Assembly (NCBI GenBank): GCA_964650405.1
Contig: CAZYTO010000001.1
Location: forward strand, 4,268-68,267
From: an uncultured Thermoanaerobaculia bacterium
GTDB taxonomy: Bacteria; Acidobacteriota; Thermoanaerobaculia; Gp7-AA8
Reading direction: 5' to 3'
DNA length: 64,000 nucleotides
The notes under the pieces: generated by a model
The model's database searches: none
What the model was told of the DNA's origin: nothing
What the model saw: the letters and a program-made list of their open reading frames with translations, nothing else
Shown: positions 1 through 9,359 of the stretch, piece after piece
Numbering within the stretch: the stretch's first letter is position 1
Layout of the letters: the number at the start of each line of letters is the position of its first letter
Position numbers and translations under genes: made by a program

Positions 1-1053
1 AAGATCGCCTCGGCCGGGGCGAACGTGGCCGAACTGGAAGAGACCGTGGGCGGGCAAGCGTCGCCGCAGGATCTGGAGACCATGTTTCAACTGCTCTACC
101 TGCGGTTCACGGCGCCGCGGGCAGACGCAAAGGCGTTTGAATCGTGGAAGGCGCGCACCAAGGCATCCATCGAGAACCGCCAGGCACGTCCGGAGACCGT
201 CTTCGGCGACACGGTGCAGGTGACCATGTCCCAGGGCCACTTCCGCCGCCGGCCGATCAGTCCGGAGATCCTCGATGAAATCGATCTGGCCACGGCCGAG
301 GCGGTCTGGCGTGACCGCTTCGCCGACGCGGGCAACTTCACCTTCGGGATGGTGGGAGCGATGAAGATCGACGAGGTCCGCCCTCTCGTGCTGCAGTACC
401 TCGGCGGGCTGCCATCGGCCGGCCGGAAGGAGAACTGGAAGGACGTCGGCGTGCGCCCTCCCGGCGGCGTGGTCAACTTCGGAGTGAAGAAGGGACTCGA
501 GCCGAAGAGCCAGGTGCACATCGAGTTCACCGGCCCGGCATCGTGGTCGCGCGAGAACAGCCATCTCGCCACCTCGCTGGCCAGCGCGCTGCGCATTCGC
601 ATGCGCGAGGTCCTGCGCGAGGATTTGGGCGGAGTCTACGGCGTCGGCGTCTCCGGCGGAATCTCGCGGCGCCCTGTCGAACAAGTGTCCTTCACCATCT
701 CGTTCGGCTGCGCGCCGGAGCGCGTAGCCGAGCTGCAGAAGGCCACCCTCGACCTCATCGAATCGGTGAAGAAGGACGGCTTCAGCGACGACATCGCCGC
801 TAAAGTTCGCGAGCAGCAGGTCCGCGCACAGGAGACGGCGCTCCGGGAGAACGGCTACTGGCTCAGCGTCCTGCTGGGGTCCGCGCGCTTCGGCGACGAC
901 CCGAAGCTGGTGCTTCATTACGACGAACTGGTCAAGCTCGTGACCGCCGACTCCCTGCGCGACACCGCCCGAAAGTACTTCGATCCTCAACGCGTGGTGA
1001 CCGGCGTCCTTGAACCGGAGGTGGCACCGTCACCGGCGTCCGAGAAGCACTGA
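1..1053 (+). CDS. 5'-truncated (window edge) M16/insulinase-family peptidase, C-terminal domain
   Basis: ORF in frame 1 runs from the window start to the stop at 1053. The translation (..FTFGMVGAMKIDEVRPLVLQYLGGLP.., ..ISFGCAPERVAELQKATLDLIESV..) resembles the non-catalytic C-terminal half of M16 (pitrilysin/insulinase-like) zinc peptidases. Confidence 0.5.
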   Translation, partial: KIASAGANVAELEETVGGQASPQDLETMFQLLYLRFTAPRADAKAFESWKARTKASIENRQARPETVFGDTVQVTMSQGHFRRRPISPEILDEIDLATAEAVWRDRFADAGNFTFGMVGAMKIDEVRPLVLQYLGGLPSAGRKENWKDVGVRPPGGVVNFGVKKGLEPKSQVHIEFTGPASWSRENSHLATSLASALRIRMREVLREDLGGVYGVGVSGGISRRPVEQVSFTISFGCAPERVAELQKATLDLIESVKKDGFSDDIAAKVREQQVRAQETALRENGYWLSVLLGSARFGDDPKLVLHYDELVKLVTADSLRDTARKYFDPQRVVTGVLEPEVAPSPASEKH

Positions 1054-1150
1054 GATTCGGGGACATACGAGTGGCACGACGGAATAGATGTCCCCGAGTC
1101 CGGCCGGCTTGAAGGAAGCGCGCCCACGGTCCGGTCACCGTTGCGGACAG

Positions 1151-1968
1151 TCACCGGCTGACGCGCGCCGTGCCGCCTTTCATGACCCGCTCGAAGGGAA
1201 AGCCCGCGCGCACGCTCTCGATCATCGCCTTGAACGAGTCCGCAGGCAGAGCCGAATGGTGCGCATCGATGTTCTCGATGCCGTCGACGTTGAAGCCGAG
1301 GCGGTGCTGAAGTCTTCTTCGTTGCCGAAGAGGACGTCGGCAAGGGAGACCAGCCTGCGATTGACCTCCCGAGCCCGCTCCGGACCACCGATGCCCTTCC
1401 TTAGAGACGGACGGTAATTGAGGTCGTACGACACGATGACGCCGCGGCGGCGCGCTGCCTCCATCGCTTCGTTTGCCACGAGCGGCGTCGTCTCGGAGAG
1501 CGCAGCGAAAATACCGCCGGTGTGGAACCAGCGGACGCCGCCGGCGAAGACGGCATCCCAATCCACGTCGCCCGGCTTCAATTGGGCCACGCCCGTGTGG
1601 CCGCGATCGGAGCACCCAAGCGCGGCGCGCACGCCGAAGCCGCGCTCGGTGAAGTTGAGGCCATTGTGGGCGCGCCGCCCGACGCCGTCGTCCCCTGCCC
1701 AGCGAAGCCACGAAAGGTCGACGCCGCCCTGCAGCATGAGATCCTCGACGAGCCGGCCCACGGCATTGTCGACGAGTGCCGTCACGATCGCCGTGCGAAG
1801 GCCGAAGCAGCGGCGGAGGCCGCGAGCCACGTTGTACTCGCCGCCTCCTTCCCATACCTGAAACGAGCGCGCCGTGGCCACGCGCCCCTCACCCGGATCG
1901 AGCCGCAGCATGACCTCGCCAAGGCTGACGAGGTCGAATCGGCAGCCGGAGGGATCGTTAATCTTCAT
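1151..1968 (-). pseudogene. kdgK: 2-dehydro-3-deoxygluconokinase (PfkB family), interrupted by an apparent -1 frameshift near 1300-1310
   Basis: N-terminal 248-aa ORF (1222..1968) is a typical ribokinase/PfkB sugar kinase (MKINDPSGCRFDLVSLGEVMLRLDPGEG...NYRPSLRKG...VLFGNEEDFSTA). The conserved C-terminus (LGFNVDGIENIDAHHSALPADSFKAMIESVRAGFPFERVMKGGTARVSR) continues in another frame (ORF 1151..1855). Restoring one C in the run GCC(C)TCGGCTTC joins both frames into ...EEDFSTALGFNVDG... Confidence 0.6.
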
Positions 1969-4900
1969 TCAGAACGTGAACTTCGCGCCGAGCTGCACGA
2001 TGCGCGGCGGCTCGATCTCCGTCACGGCGCCGAACGTGGCGCTGGTCATGTTCGTGTCGATGGTGCGGTAATTCTTCTTGTTGAACACGTTGAAGACCTC
2101 GACGCGGATCTGCATCTTGGTCCGGTCGGCGAAGCGGACGTCCTTGAAGGCGGAGAGGTCGGTGTCGAAATAGCTCGGCCCCACCAGGCCGTTGCGCGGC
2201 TCCGTGCCGAGCTGTCCCGCGGCCGGGCGGGCGAATGCGGCCGTATTGAGCCAGTGGCTTTGCGTTCTGCCGCCGGCAGGCGGCCCGTTCGGATCCTGGC
2301 CGGGGACGTAATTGGCGCGCAAGGTGACCTGATCGCCGAAAATCGTGGTGTTCGTTCCGGCGGTGACGGTGAGGCGGCGGCCGGTCGAGTACTTCGTCAC
2401 GCCGGAGACCTCCCACCCGCCGAAAAGCCGGCCGCGCAGTCCCTGGTCCTCGCGGAAGAACGGCAGCCGGTAGATGTAGTTGACGGCCAGCACGTGCTTG
2501 CGGTCGAAGTCCTGATAGCCGTACTCGGCGGCGGGATTGCGTGGGTCCTGGGGCAGGCTGGCGGAGGACGTCGAGTCTTCGCTCTCGGCGTCGCCGCGCG
2601 CGCGGGAGAGCGTGTAGGCGATGCCGAAGGAGAAGTCGGTCGTCGAGCGGCGGTCGATGGCCACCTGCAGCGAGTCGTAGTCGGATCGCCCGGTTGTTTC
2701 GTTGATGACGATGCGGCCGAAGCCGCGGTACGGGCGGTTGGCGTTGATGGGCGTCGGCGCGAGGCCGGTCGTCGTGCTCGGCGTGACGAAGTTGAGCTCG
2801 CGCACCCGGAGCAGGTGGCGGGCCTTGTTGCCGACATAGGCCACGTCGGCGGCGATGTTCCAGGGCAATTCGCGCTGGAAGCCGAAGCTGTACGCGGTCA
2901 CCTTCGGCATCGGGAAGTTCGTGGCCACGGCTTCGAAGCCGCCCGGCGGCGCGCTGCTGGCCACGCCTCCGCCGGGATTGTCGACGGAGCCGTTGGTCAG
3001 CTCGAGGGTGCGCACGAACGGAGGCGAGGCTCCCTGGTCGCGCGTGCTGTTCGTCACGGGACGGTCATAGAAGATACCGAAACCGCCGCGCACCATCGTC
3101 CGTCCCGTATTGAACGGGTCCCAGTTGAAGCCGAGGCGGGGGCCGAGGTTGTTGCCCGGCGTGTGATAGAGACTGCGGGGGATGCCGTTCTGGCCGGCCA
3201 CCAGGATGCCGACGGCCGGCAGTCCGTTGACAATCACTCCCGTGCCGGGGACGAGATTCCCCTTGGAGTCGATCTGTGGGGCCAATGCGGGGTCGTAATG
3301 GTTCGGATCGAACGTGGCGATCCGATCGTGCCGTTCATAGACGCCAGGCATGTACTGATAGCGCAGGCCATAGCTCACGCTCAGGTTCGGCCGCAGTTGC
3401 CAGTGGTCCTGCGCATACGCCTCGGCCTGGTTGTACCGCATGTCCACGAACGGCGCGGCATCCGATTCCGTGTAGCGGTCATAGAGGCCGAGCAGGGCGT
3501 CGGCGAGCGCTACGCCGGTCCCCTTGGCGCGCGTGTCGGAGAAGGTGAATGCACCGGCGTCGGGAGTACGAAGCTCTTCCCCTTTTCGGAATTGCCCGAT
3601 GTACGTGCCGAACTTCAGCTCGTGATTCCCCTGCAGCGAGGTCATGTTGTTCTTGATCGTGTAGTAGTTGCCGATGATCTTCGTCGGATAGTCACTCCCC
3701 AGCAGGCCAGTGCCGAGCGTATAGCCGGTCATGGAACGGACGTTCGGGGCGCGATCGCCCCGGTTGCTCGGGAAGATCTCGGGGATGTTGAGAGCGCTGC
3801 GCGAGAAAAGATCGCCGGTCTGGATGAGGTACTGGTCATTGCGCACGGCGCTTACGGTCATGTCGTGCAGCACATGCGCACCGAAGGTCTGCGTCAGATT
3901 GCTGACGAAGCTGTCGCTGAAGCGATGGTGGCTGGTGGGCACCTGGGCGAAGCCGGAGCTGCCGCCGAACGAGCCGTACGGCTCGAGCTGCTGGACGTTG
4001 TCGCGGAGATAGCGCCCAGAGAGCGACGACGACGGGCTCAATGCCGTGTCCATGCGGATGATGTCCTCGCGGATCTCGCGATTCTGCGTCGGGGTGAGCG
4101 TGGCGATGGCGCGCAGGTTGGCGTCGGGATCGGGAAACAGCGCCACCAGCGCCGATCCATTCTTGGAGATCAGCTCGGGCGGGATGATCCCGCCCGGGAA
4201 CGGTTTGCCGGTCGACGGATCGATGGGCTGCTTCGGCGACTGCGAGAAATCGCCCATGCGCTCGCGCAGGCTCGGCACGGCGGCAATCATCGTCAGGCCG
4301 ACCTGGCTGTTGAGGTGCTTGTACTCCTGGCCGGCGAAGAAGAAGAAGCGCGCGTCGTCCGATACATGCGTCGCCACGGGGCCGCCGAAGTTCCAGCCGT
4401 AGTCCTTGAGATTGAGGTGGTCCTTCTGATGGGTGCGGAGATTCTTCGCGTCGAAGCGGTCGTCGCGGAGAAAGTCGTAGGCCGTGCCGTGAAACTCCTT
4501 CGTCCCGCGCTTGGTCACGACGTTGATCTGTGCGCCGCCGGCCTTGCCGTACTCGGCGTCGTACGGGTTGGAGATCACCTTGAACTCTTCGACGGAGTCG
4601 ATGCTGACGTTGTGCACCTGCGTGGCATTCGAGCCGACGTCGAGATTCTCGGCGCCGTCGAGGGTGAGGCTGGCGAAGTTCTTCCGCAGTCCGTTGATCT
4701 GCTGGCCGTCGGCGCGGAAGCTCGTGCCCGACTCGTAGCTCCCTTCATTGCGCGATACGCCGGGGACCAGCGTGACGAGCTGCATGTACGTGCGGCCGTC
4801 GATGGCCAGCTCCTTCGTCTGATCGCCGCTGATGAGGTGCGCGACGTTGGGACTGGAGGAGACCAGCGGCTCCTTTCCCCGCACCTCCATCACTTCGCTG

Positions 4901-5250
4901 AGCGGTCCGAGCTGGAGCGTGATGTCGACGCGCAGGCGCGCGTTCAGCTCGACCTTCATGTCCTTGCGGATGAACTTCTGGAAGCCGGAGAGCTCGGCGG
5001 TCAGGTTGGCCCGGCCGTACGGAAGGCTGGCCAGGAGGAAGAAGCCGGCCGCGTTGGTCTGCGTGCTTCGCTCGACGCCGATGTCCGGAAAGGCGAGGCG
5101 TACGTCGACGCCGGGGAGCGCGCCGCCGGCGGAGTCGCGGACGAAGCCGGAGACTTCGCCGACGATGTTCTGGGCCGTGGCGGGGAGGGCAGCCAGCAAG
5201 GCGAGGAAGAGCAGCGTCCAGAAAGAGTGGCGAGAGGAGGGGGTCGGCAT
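1969..5250 (-). CDS. TonB-dependent outer-membrane receptor with N-terminal carboxypeptidase-regulatory-like domain
   Basis: 1,093 aa with a signal peptide (MPTPSSRHSFWTLLFLALLAALPATAQ). The N-terminal CarboxypepD_reg-like beta-sandwich (GFVRDSAGGALPGVDVRL...) is followed by a plug and a 22-strand barrel, ending in the aromatic residues FTF. The stop abuts the kdgK start (cat 1966-1968 / tca 1969-1971), so the two are cotranscribed. Confidence 0.85.
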   Translation of the reverse strand: MPTPSSRHSFWTLLFLALLAALPATAQNIVGEVSGFVRDSAGGALPGVDVRLAFPDIGVERSTQTNAAGFFLLASLPYGRANLTAELSGFQKFIRKDMKVELNARLRVDITLQLGPLSEVMEVRGKEPLVSSSPNVAHLISGDQTKELAIDGRTYMQLVTLVPGVSRNEGSYESGTSFRADGQQINGLRKNFASLTLDGAENLDVGSNATQVHNVSIDSVEEFKVISNPYDAEYGKAGGAQINVVTKRGTKEFHGTAYDFLRDDRFDAKNLRTHQKDHLNLKDYGWNFGGPVATHVSDDARFFFFAGQEYKHLNSQVGLTMIAAVPSLRERMGDFSQSPKQPIDPSTGKPFPGGIIPPELISKNGSALVALFPDPDANLRAIATLTPTQNREIREDIIRMDTALSPSSSLSGRYLRDNVQQLEPYGSFGGSSGFAQVPTSHHRFSDSFVSNLTQTFGAHVLHDMTVSAVRNDQYLIQTGDLFSRSALNIPEIFPSNRGDRAPNVRSMTGYTLGTGLLGSDYPTKIIGNYYTIKNNMTSLQGNHELKFGTYIGQFRKGEELRTPDAGAFTFSDTRAKGTGVALADALLGLYDRYTESDAAPFVDMRYNQAEAYAQDHWQLRPNLSVSYGLRYQYMPGVYERHDRIATFDPNHYDPALAPQIDSKGNLVPGTGVIVNGLPAVGILVAGQNGIPRSLYHTPGNNLGPRLGFNWDPFNTGRTMVRGGFGIFYDRPVTNSTRDQGASPPFVRTLELTNGSVDNPGGGVASSAPPGGFEAVATNFPMPKVTAYSFGFQRELPWNIAADVAYVGNKARHLLRVRELNFVTPSTTTGLAPTPINANRPYRGFGRIVINETTGRSDYDSLQVAIDRRSTTDFSFGIAYTLSRARGDAESEDSTSSASLPQDPRNPAAEYGYQDFDRKHVLAVNYIYRLPFFREDQGLRGRLFGGWEVSGVTKYSTGRRLTVTAGTNTTIFGDQVTLRANYVPGQDPNGPPAGGRTQSHWLNTAAFARPAAGQLGTEPRNGLVGPSYFDTDLSAFKDVRFADRTKMQIRVEVFNVFNKKNYRTIDTNMTSATFGAVTEIEPPRIVQLGAKFTF

Positions 5251-5286
5251 CCGTTACCTCCGTCGGCTTCGCAGCCTGATTCTACC

Positions 5287-5397
5287 TAATTTGACCTTTC
5301 AGAAGACAATATGCCGTCCAAGTGGTCGGTGTCAAGCAGCTTTCTCCTTGACTCATGACGTGAGCGCAGGCTAATTTGTCCATGTTCAGGTCAAATG
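5287..5397. promoter_or_regulatory. Divergent promoter/operator region between the TonB-dependent receptor and the ROK regulator, with two palindromes
   Basis: Perfect 9-bp inverted repeat ATTTGACCT (5289-5297) / AGGTCAAAT (5388-5396). A second perfect palindrome GTCAAG-N10-CTTGAC lies at 5331-5352. The region is lower in GC than its surroundings. These are candidate ROK-repressor operators. Confidence 0.3.
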
Positions 5398-5438
5398 TGC
5401 TCCTGCGCACCAGTTTCTGTTACTAGAGTGGCGAAACG

Positions 5439-6653
5439 ATGAGACGGATCGACCCCAACAACTTCCACGTCGCCACCCGCGGCACCCCCCGGCAGATCAA
5501 CCGCCAGATCGCCCTCAATCTCATCCGCACCCGCCAGCCCATCTCCCGCGCCGACCTGGCCCGCTCCATGAACATGCGCCGCGGCGCGGTCAGCCTCCTC
5601 GTCAACGAGCTGATCGAAGAAGGGCTCATCTTCGAGGGCGCCACCGGCGAGACCTCCCGCGGCCGCAAACCGAAGTTCCTCTTCGTCGACACCCGCTCGC
5701 GCTGCGCCGTGGCCGTCGACGTCCGCCCGACGCGCACGTACTTCATGGTCACCGATCTCGTCGGCCGCCCGCTGGTGGGCATCACCAGCTTCGCCACCGA
5801 GCGCGAGCCGGAGCGTTTCGTCAGCGAGTTGACCAAACGCATTCACCGCGCGCTCTCCGATCACGACGAGCTCGGCGAGTGCGCCGGCGTGGGCATCGTC
5901 GTCCCGGGCATGGTCGACAGCACGCGCAGCCGGGTGCTCTTCGCCCCTCGCCTGGGCTGGCACGATCTGCCGCTGCTCGAGCCGCTGGAGAAAGCGCTGG
6001 GGATGCCGGTATCGATCGAGAACTCCGGCCGGGCCTGCGCGCTCGCGCAGTTGTGGGCGACGCGCGGCGGCACCGACACCCCCGACGACTTCGTCTTCGT
6101 CAGCGTCTCCGACGGCCTCGGTGTCGGCGTCATCGTGAAGGGGGAGTTGCTGCGCGGACAGCACAATGTGGCCGGCGAATTCGGCCACATGGCGCTCAGC
6201 ATCGACGGCCCGCGCTGCGCCTGCGGCGTCAACGGCTGCTGGGAGAGCTACGTCTCCAATCTGGCCACGCTCTCGCGCTATTTCGGACGCAACCTCGCCG
6301 ACGATCCACCGGCCGAGTCGATGACCCTGGCCATGGATGACCTCATCGCACTGGCGCACTCCGGCGACGCCAAGGCCCTGAGCGCACTGCAAACCACGGC
6401 CCGCTACCTCGGCTTCGGCCTGGCCTCGGTGGTCAATGCCGTCGATCCGGCCCGCATTTACATCGGCGGCGAGCTGACGGCGGCGTGGGATCTCGTCGAG
6501 GGCACGGTGCGCGGCAGCCTGAAGGAGCGGACCCTGCGTCCGGTCGGCCGCCATGTCGAGATCGTCGTGGTGCCGGCCAGCGACTATCCCCGCCTCAAAG
6601 GAGCCGCCGCCCTCGTTTCCGCCCCCTCGTTCGCCGCGCCGGTCGTCGCATAG
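5439..6653 (+). CDS. ROK-family transcriptional regulator (NagC/XylR-like)
   Basis: 404 aa. N-terminal HTH (INRQIALNLIRTRQPISRADLARSMNMRRGAVSLLVNELIEEGLI), then a ROK sugar-kinase-like fold with the zinc motif CACGVNGCWE and GHM. It is divergent from the receptor/kdgK operon. Confidence 0.85.
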   Translation: MRRIDPNNFHVATRGTPRQINRQIALNLIRTRQPISRADLARSMNMRRGAVSLLVNELIEEGLIFEGATGETSRGRKPKFLFVDTRSRCAVAVDVRPTRTYFMVTDLVGRPLVGITSFATEREPERFVSELTKRIHRALSDHDELGECAGVGIVVPGMVDSTRSRVLFAPRLGWHDLPLLEPLEKALGMPVSIENSGRACALAQLWATRGGTDTPDDFVFVSVSDGLGVGVIVKGELLRGQHNVAGEFGHMALSIDGPRCACGVNGCWESYVSNLATLSRYFGRNLADDPPAESMTLAMDDLIALAHSGDAKALSALQTTARYLGFGLASVVNAVDPARIYIGGELTAAWDLVEGTVRGSLKERTLRPVGRHVEIVVVPASDYPRLKGAAALVSAPSFAAPVVA

Positions 6654-6675
6654 AAATAAGGAGGCCGCCTCGATC

Positions 6676-7425
6676 ATGACGAAGCTCGCACTGGTCACGG
6701 GAGCCGGCAGCGGCATCGGGCGCGCGACGGCAATGGCCCTCGGCGGGCTGGGGATGGACGTGGCCGTGCACTATTTCCGCAACGCCGACGGCGCCAGGGA
6801 GACGGTCGCACAATTGCAGACGCTCGGCCGCAACGCCGATGCATTCCAGGCCGATCTGTCCCAATGGAGCGAAGTGCGCGATGTGGTCCGTGCAGTCGAG
6901 AATCGCTTCGGCGCGATCGACGTCCTGATCAACAACGCCGGCGATCTCGTCGAACGGCGCACCCTGCTCGAGATGACCGAGGCGCTGTGGCACACCATCC
7001 TCGACCTCAACCTGACCAGCGCGTTCTTTTGCACCCGGGCCGTCGTGCCCGGGATGAGGGCCCGCCGCAGCGGCGCGATCGTCAACGTCTCGTCGCTGGC
7101 CGCCCACAATGGGGGCGGGCCGGGCGCGTTCGCCTATGCCGCTGCCAAGGGCGGGCTGATCTCGTTCACCAAGGCCATTGCCAAGGAGCTGGCGCCGAGC
7201 GGCATCCGCGTCAATGCGGTCGCGCCGGCGCTCATCGGCGAGACGCACTTTCACGAGCGTTACACGCCGCGGCAGACCTTCGACAACGTCGTGAAATCGA
7301 TTCCGCTCGGCCGCGCCGGCACGCCTGAAGACGTCGCGCGCGTCATCGCCTTCCTGGCCAGCGAAGACAGCGCTTACCTGGCCGGCGAGACGATCGACAT
7401 CACCGGCGGATTGCACGTGAGGTAA
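6676..7425 (+). CDS. SDR-family oxidoreductase
   Basis: RBS AAGGAGG at 6657-6663, ATG at 6676. Classical SDR motifs: TGAGSGIGRA, NNAG, YAAAKGG, and C-terminal IDITGG. It sits in a hexuronate locus, so it is possibly a mannonate/altronate oxidoreductase. That assignment is an inference only. Confidence 0.8.
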   Translation: MTKLALVTGAGSGIGRATAMALGGLGMDVAVHYFRNADGARETVAQLQTLGRNADAFQADLSQWSEVRDVVRAVENRFGAIDVLINNAGDLVERRTLLEMTEALWHTILDLNLTSAFFCTRAVVPGMRARRSGAIVNVSSLAAHNGGGPGAFAYAAAKGGLISFTKAIAKELAPSGIRVNAVAPALIGETHFHERYTPRQTFDNVVKSIPLGRAGTPEDVARVIAFLASEDSAYLAGETIDITGGLHVR

Positions 7426-9359
7426 TGATGATGAAGAAATGCGTGCTGCTGCTCGCGCTCTGCGCCGTTCCCGCTCATGCCGAGGAGATTCCGACGTATG
7501 CGGCGCTCCTGGCGCGGCCGGTTCATTTGAAGCCGGAGTTGGAGGGCGTCCACCCGCGGGTCTTCGTCACGGCGGAGGAGATCGCGGCGCTGCGCGAGCG
7601 CGCGCGGACGACCCATCGTGAAGAGTGGGCGGGCGTCCTAGCCAACCTCGCCGCGCTCAAGGGGGATCCGCCCAAACCGCCGGGCCCGCAGGAGCGGCGC
7701 GCCCAGAACACGATCGCCTATGCCATCGCCGAGGTGAGCCTCGCCTATGCCATAGAGAAGAAGCCGGAGTACCTCGAGGCGGCGCGCAAGTGGACGCTCG
7801 CGGCCATCGACTACGAGCCGTGGGGATACACGTACAACCTCCCGAACGTCGACCTTGCCGCCGCGCATCTGCTCTATGCCATCGGCTGGTCGTACGACCT
7901 TCTCTATCACGACCTGCCGGACGCGGAGCGGCAGCGGATCCGGGCCTCGCTCGAGCGCCACGCCGATCTCGTCTACGACTATTTCGCATCGAAGAAGAAG
8001 CTCAACTTCACGCAGAACCACGACTTCATCACCACGTCCGGACTGGGCATCGTGGCGCTGACGCTCCTGGGCGAGTCGCCGAACGCGCCGAAGTGGGCGG
8101 CCCTGGCCCGCGCGCATCACGACCGCGCCGGGTATCTGCTCAGCCCTGACGGCCATTACTTCGAAGGCTTCGAGTATTGGACGTTTTCCGCGCCGTGGCT
8201 CGTGCACTTCCTCGACGCCTGGGAGCACTCCACGGGCGAGAGCCTGTGGGATCGCGACCTCTTCCGCAACTGGAAGCTCTACGTCGCGCACTCGGTCCTC
8301 CCCGACGGAAAGACCGTGACCGACTTCGGCGACATATGGGAAGGTCCTGTCACGCGCGCCCACAAGGGCGCCGATTACCCGCGCGTCTATCCCGGCGGAA
8401 CGCTGCGCAGCAACTACAACATCCTCTATCGCGTCGCGGCCCGATTGCACGATCCGGAAACGCAGGCCGTGGCCGAGCGCATGCGCGGCTTCGGGCAGAG
8501 CAATCACGAGGAGTATTGGACGTTGATCTGGCGCGATCCGTCTCTGGAGGCAGCGCCGATGTCGCACATTCCCTTGCGCCATCACTTCGCGGATTCCGGC
8601 TACGTCTACGTACGGACGTCGTGGGAAGGGGATGCGACCGTCCTCGCGTTCAAAGCCGGCCCGCCGGAAGGGCATCGTGCACTGGCATTGGAGGCGAAGA
8701 TTCCGGAGTGTACGCCCAGCGACGGCCACGCCCACCCGGACGCCAACAGCTTCATCTTCTATGCCCGCGGCCGCTACCTCACCGGCGACACCGGCTACGC
8801 GGGCCAGCCGCGCTCACGCAACCACAACACCATTTCCGTCGGCGGGATCGGGCAGGGGAGAGAGGGCAATCACGACGTCTGGGCCGGCATGGCGCGCGCG
8901 TCGCTGGACGGGATCCGCATCGTCGACGCGCAGTTGAGCGCCGGCAAGCCTCGCATCGTCGGCGAAGCGGCCGGCGCCTACACGAAGGATGCCGCGCTCG
9001 CGCGCTTCGAGCGCGAGGTCATTCTCGATCCGCAGCAGGTCACGCTCCAGGTCCGCGACCGCATCGAAACGCGCGAGCCGAAGACGGTGGAGTGGACGCT
9101 CAATGGCGACACGCCCTTCGTGAAGCGGGCCGGCGCCTTCGGCGACGGGGCAGTGGACGTCATCCCCAATCCTCCCAGCGGTGCGAAATTCGAGCTGCGC
9201 CCGACGGAGGTCAGTGCTCCCGGCCCTCCCGGCTCGCTCACGAAAGGACCGGTGGAATCGCGCGGCGACCAGATCGCGATCACCGCGCCGCCGGCGACGA
9301 AGTTCGTCTTCGAAGCGACTCTGCGGCCGGCGACGAACGCCGCGGCGGTGGGGCGGTGA
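7425..9359 (+). CDS. Heparinase II/III-like (polysaccharide lyase-like) secreted protein
   Basis: 644 aa with a signal peptide (MMMKKCVLLLALCAVPAHA). N-terminal alpha/alpha toroid-like region, and a C-terminal region with the HAHPDANSF motif characteristic of heparinase II/III-like proteins. The start overlaps the SDR stop (TAATGATGATG). Confidence 0.6.
   Translation: MMMKKCVLLLALCAVPAHAEEIPTYAALLARPVHLKPELEGVHPRVFVTAEEIAALRERARTTHREEWAGVLANLAALKGDPPKPPGPQERRAQNTIAYAIAEVSLAYAIEKKPEYLEAARKWTLAAIDYEPWGYTYNLPNVDLAAAHLLYAIGWSYDLLYHDLPDAERQRIRASLERHADLVYDYFASKKKLNFTQNHDFITTSGLGIVALTLLGESPNAPKWAALARAHHDRAGYLLSPDGHYFEGFEYWTFSAPWLVHFLDAWEHSTGESLWDRDLFRNWKLYVAHSVLPDGKTVTDFGDIWEGPVTRAHKGADYPRVYPGGTLRSNYNILYRVAARLHDPETQAVAERMRGFGQSNHEEYWTLIWRDPSLEAAPMSHIPLRHHFADSGYVYVRTSWEGDATVLAFKAGPPEGHRALALEAKIPECTPSDGHAHPDANSFIFYARGRYLTGDTGYAGQPRSRNHNTISVGGIGQGREGNHDVWAGMARASLDGIRIVDAQLSAGKPRIVGEAAGAYTKDAALARFEREVILDPQQVTLQVRDRIETREPKTVEWTLNGDTPFVKRAGAFGDGAVDVIPNPPSGAKFELRPTEVSAPGPPGSLTKGPVESRGDQIAITAPPATKFVFEATLRPATNAAAVGR

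Noticed and set aside
1522-5289. 1,255-aa ORF on the plus strand
   Set aside because: Antisense to the well-supported TonB-dependent receptor gene. Ala/Arg/Gly-rich with no domain signature. Typical GC-rich shadow ORF.
8177-9355. N-terminal part of an 820-aa ORF that runs 8177..10639
   Set aside because: Its first ~390 codons are an alternative frame of the heparinase II/III-like gene. Only the part from ~9356 (ExuT-like) is a real CDS.
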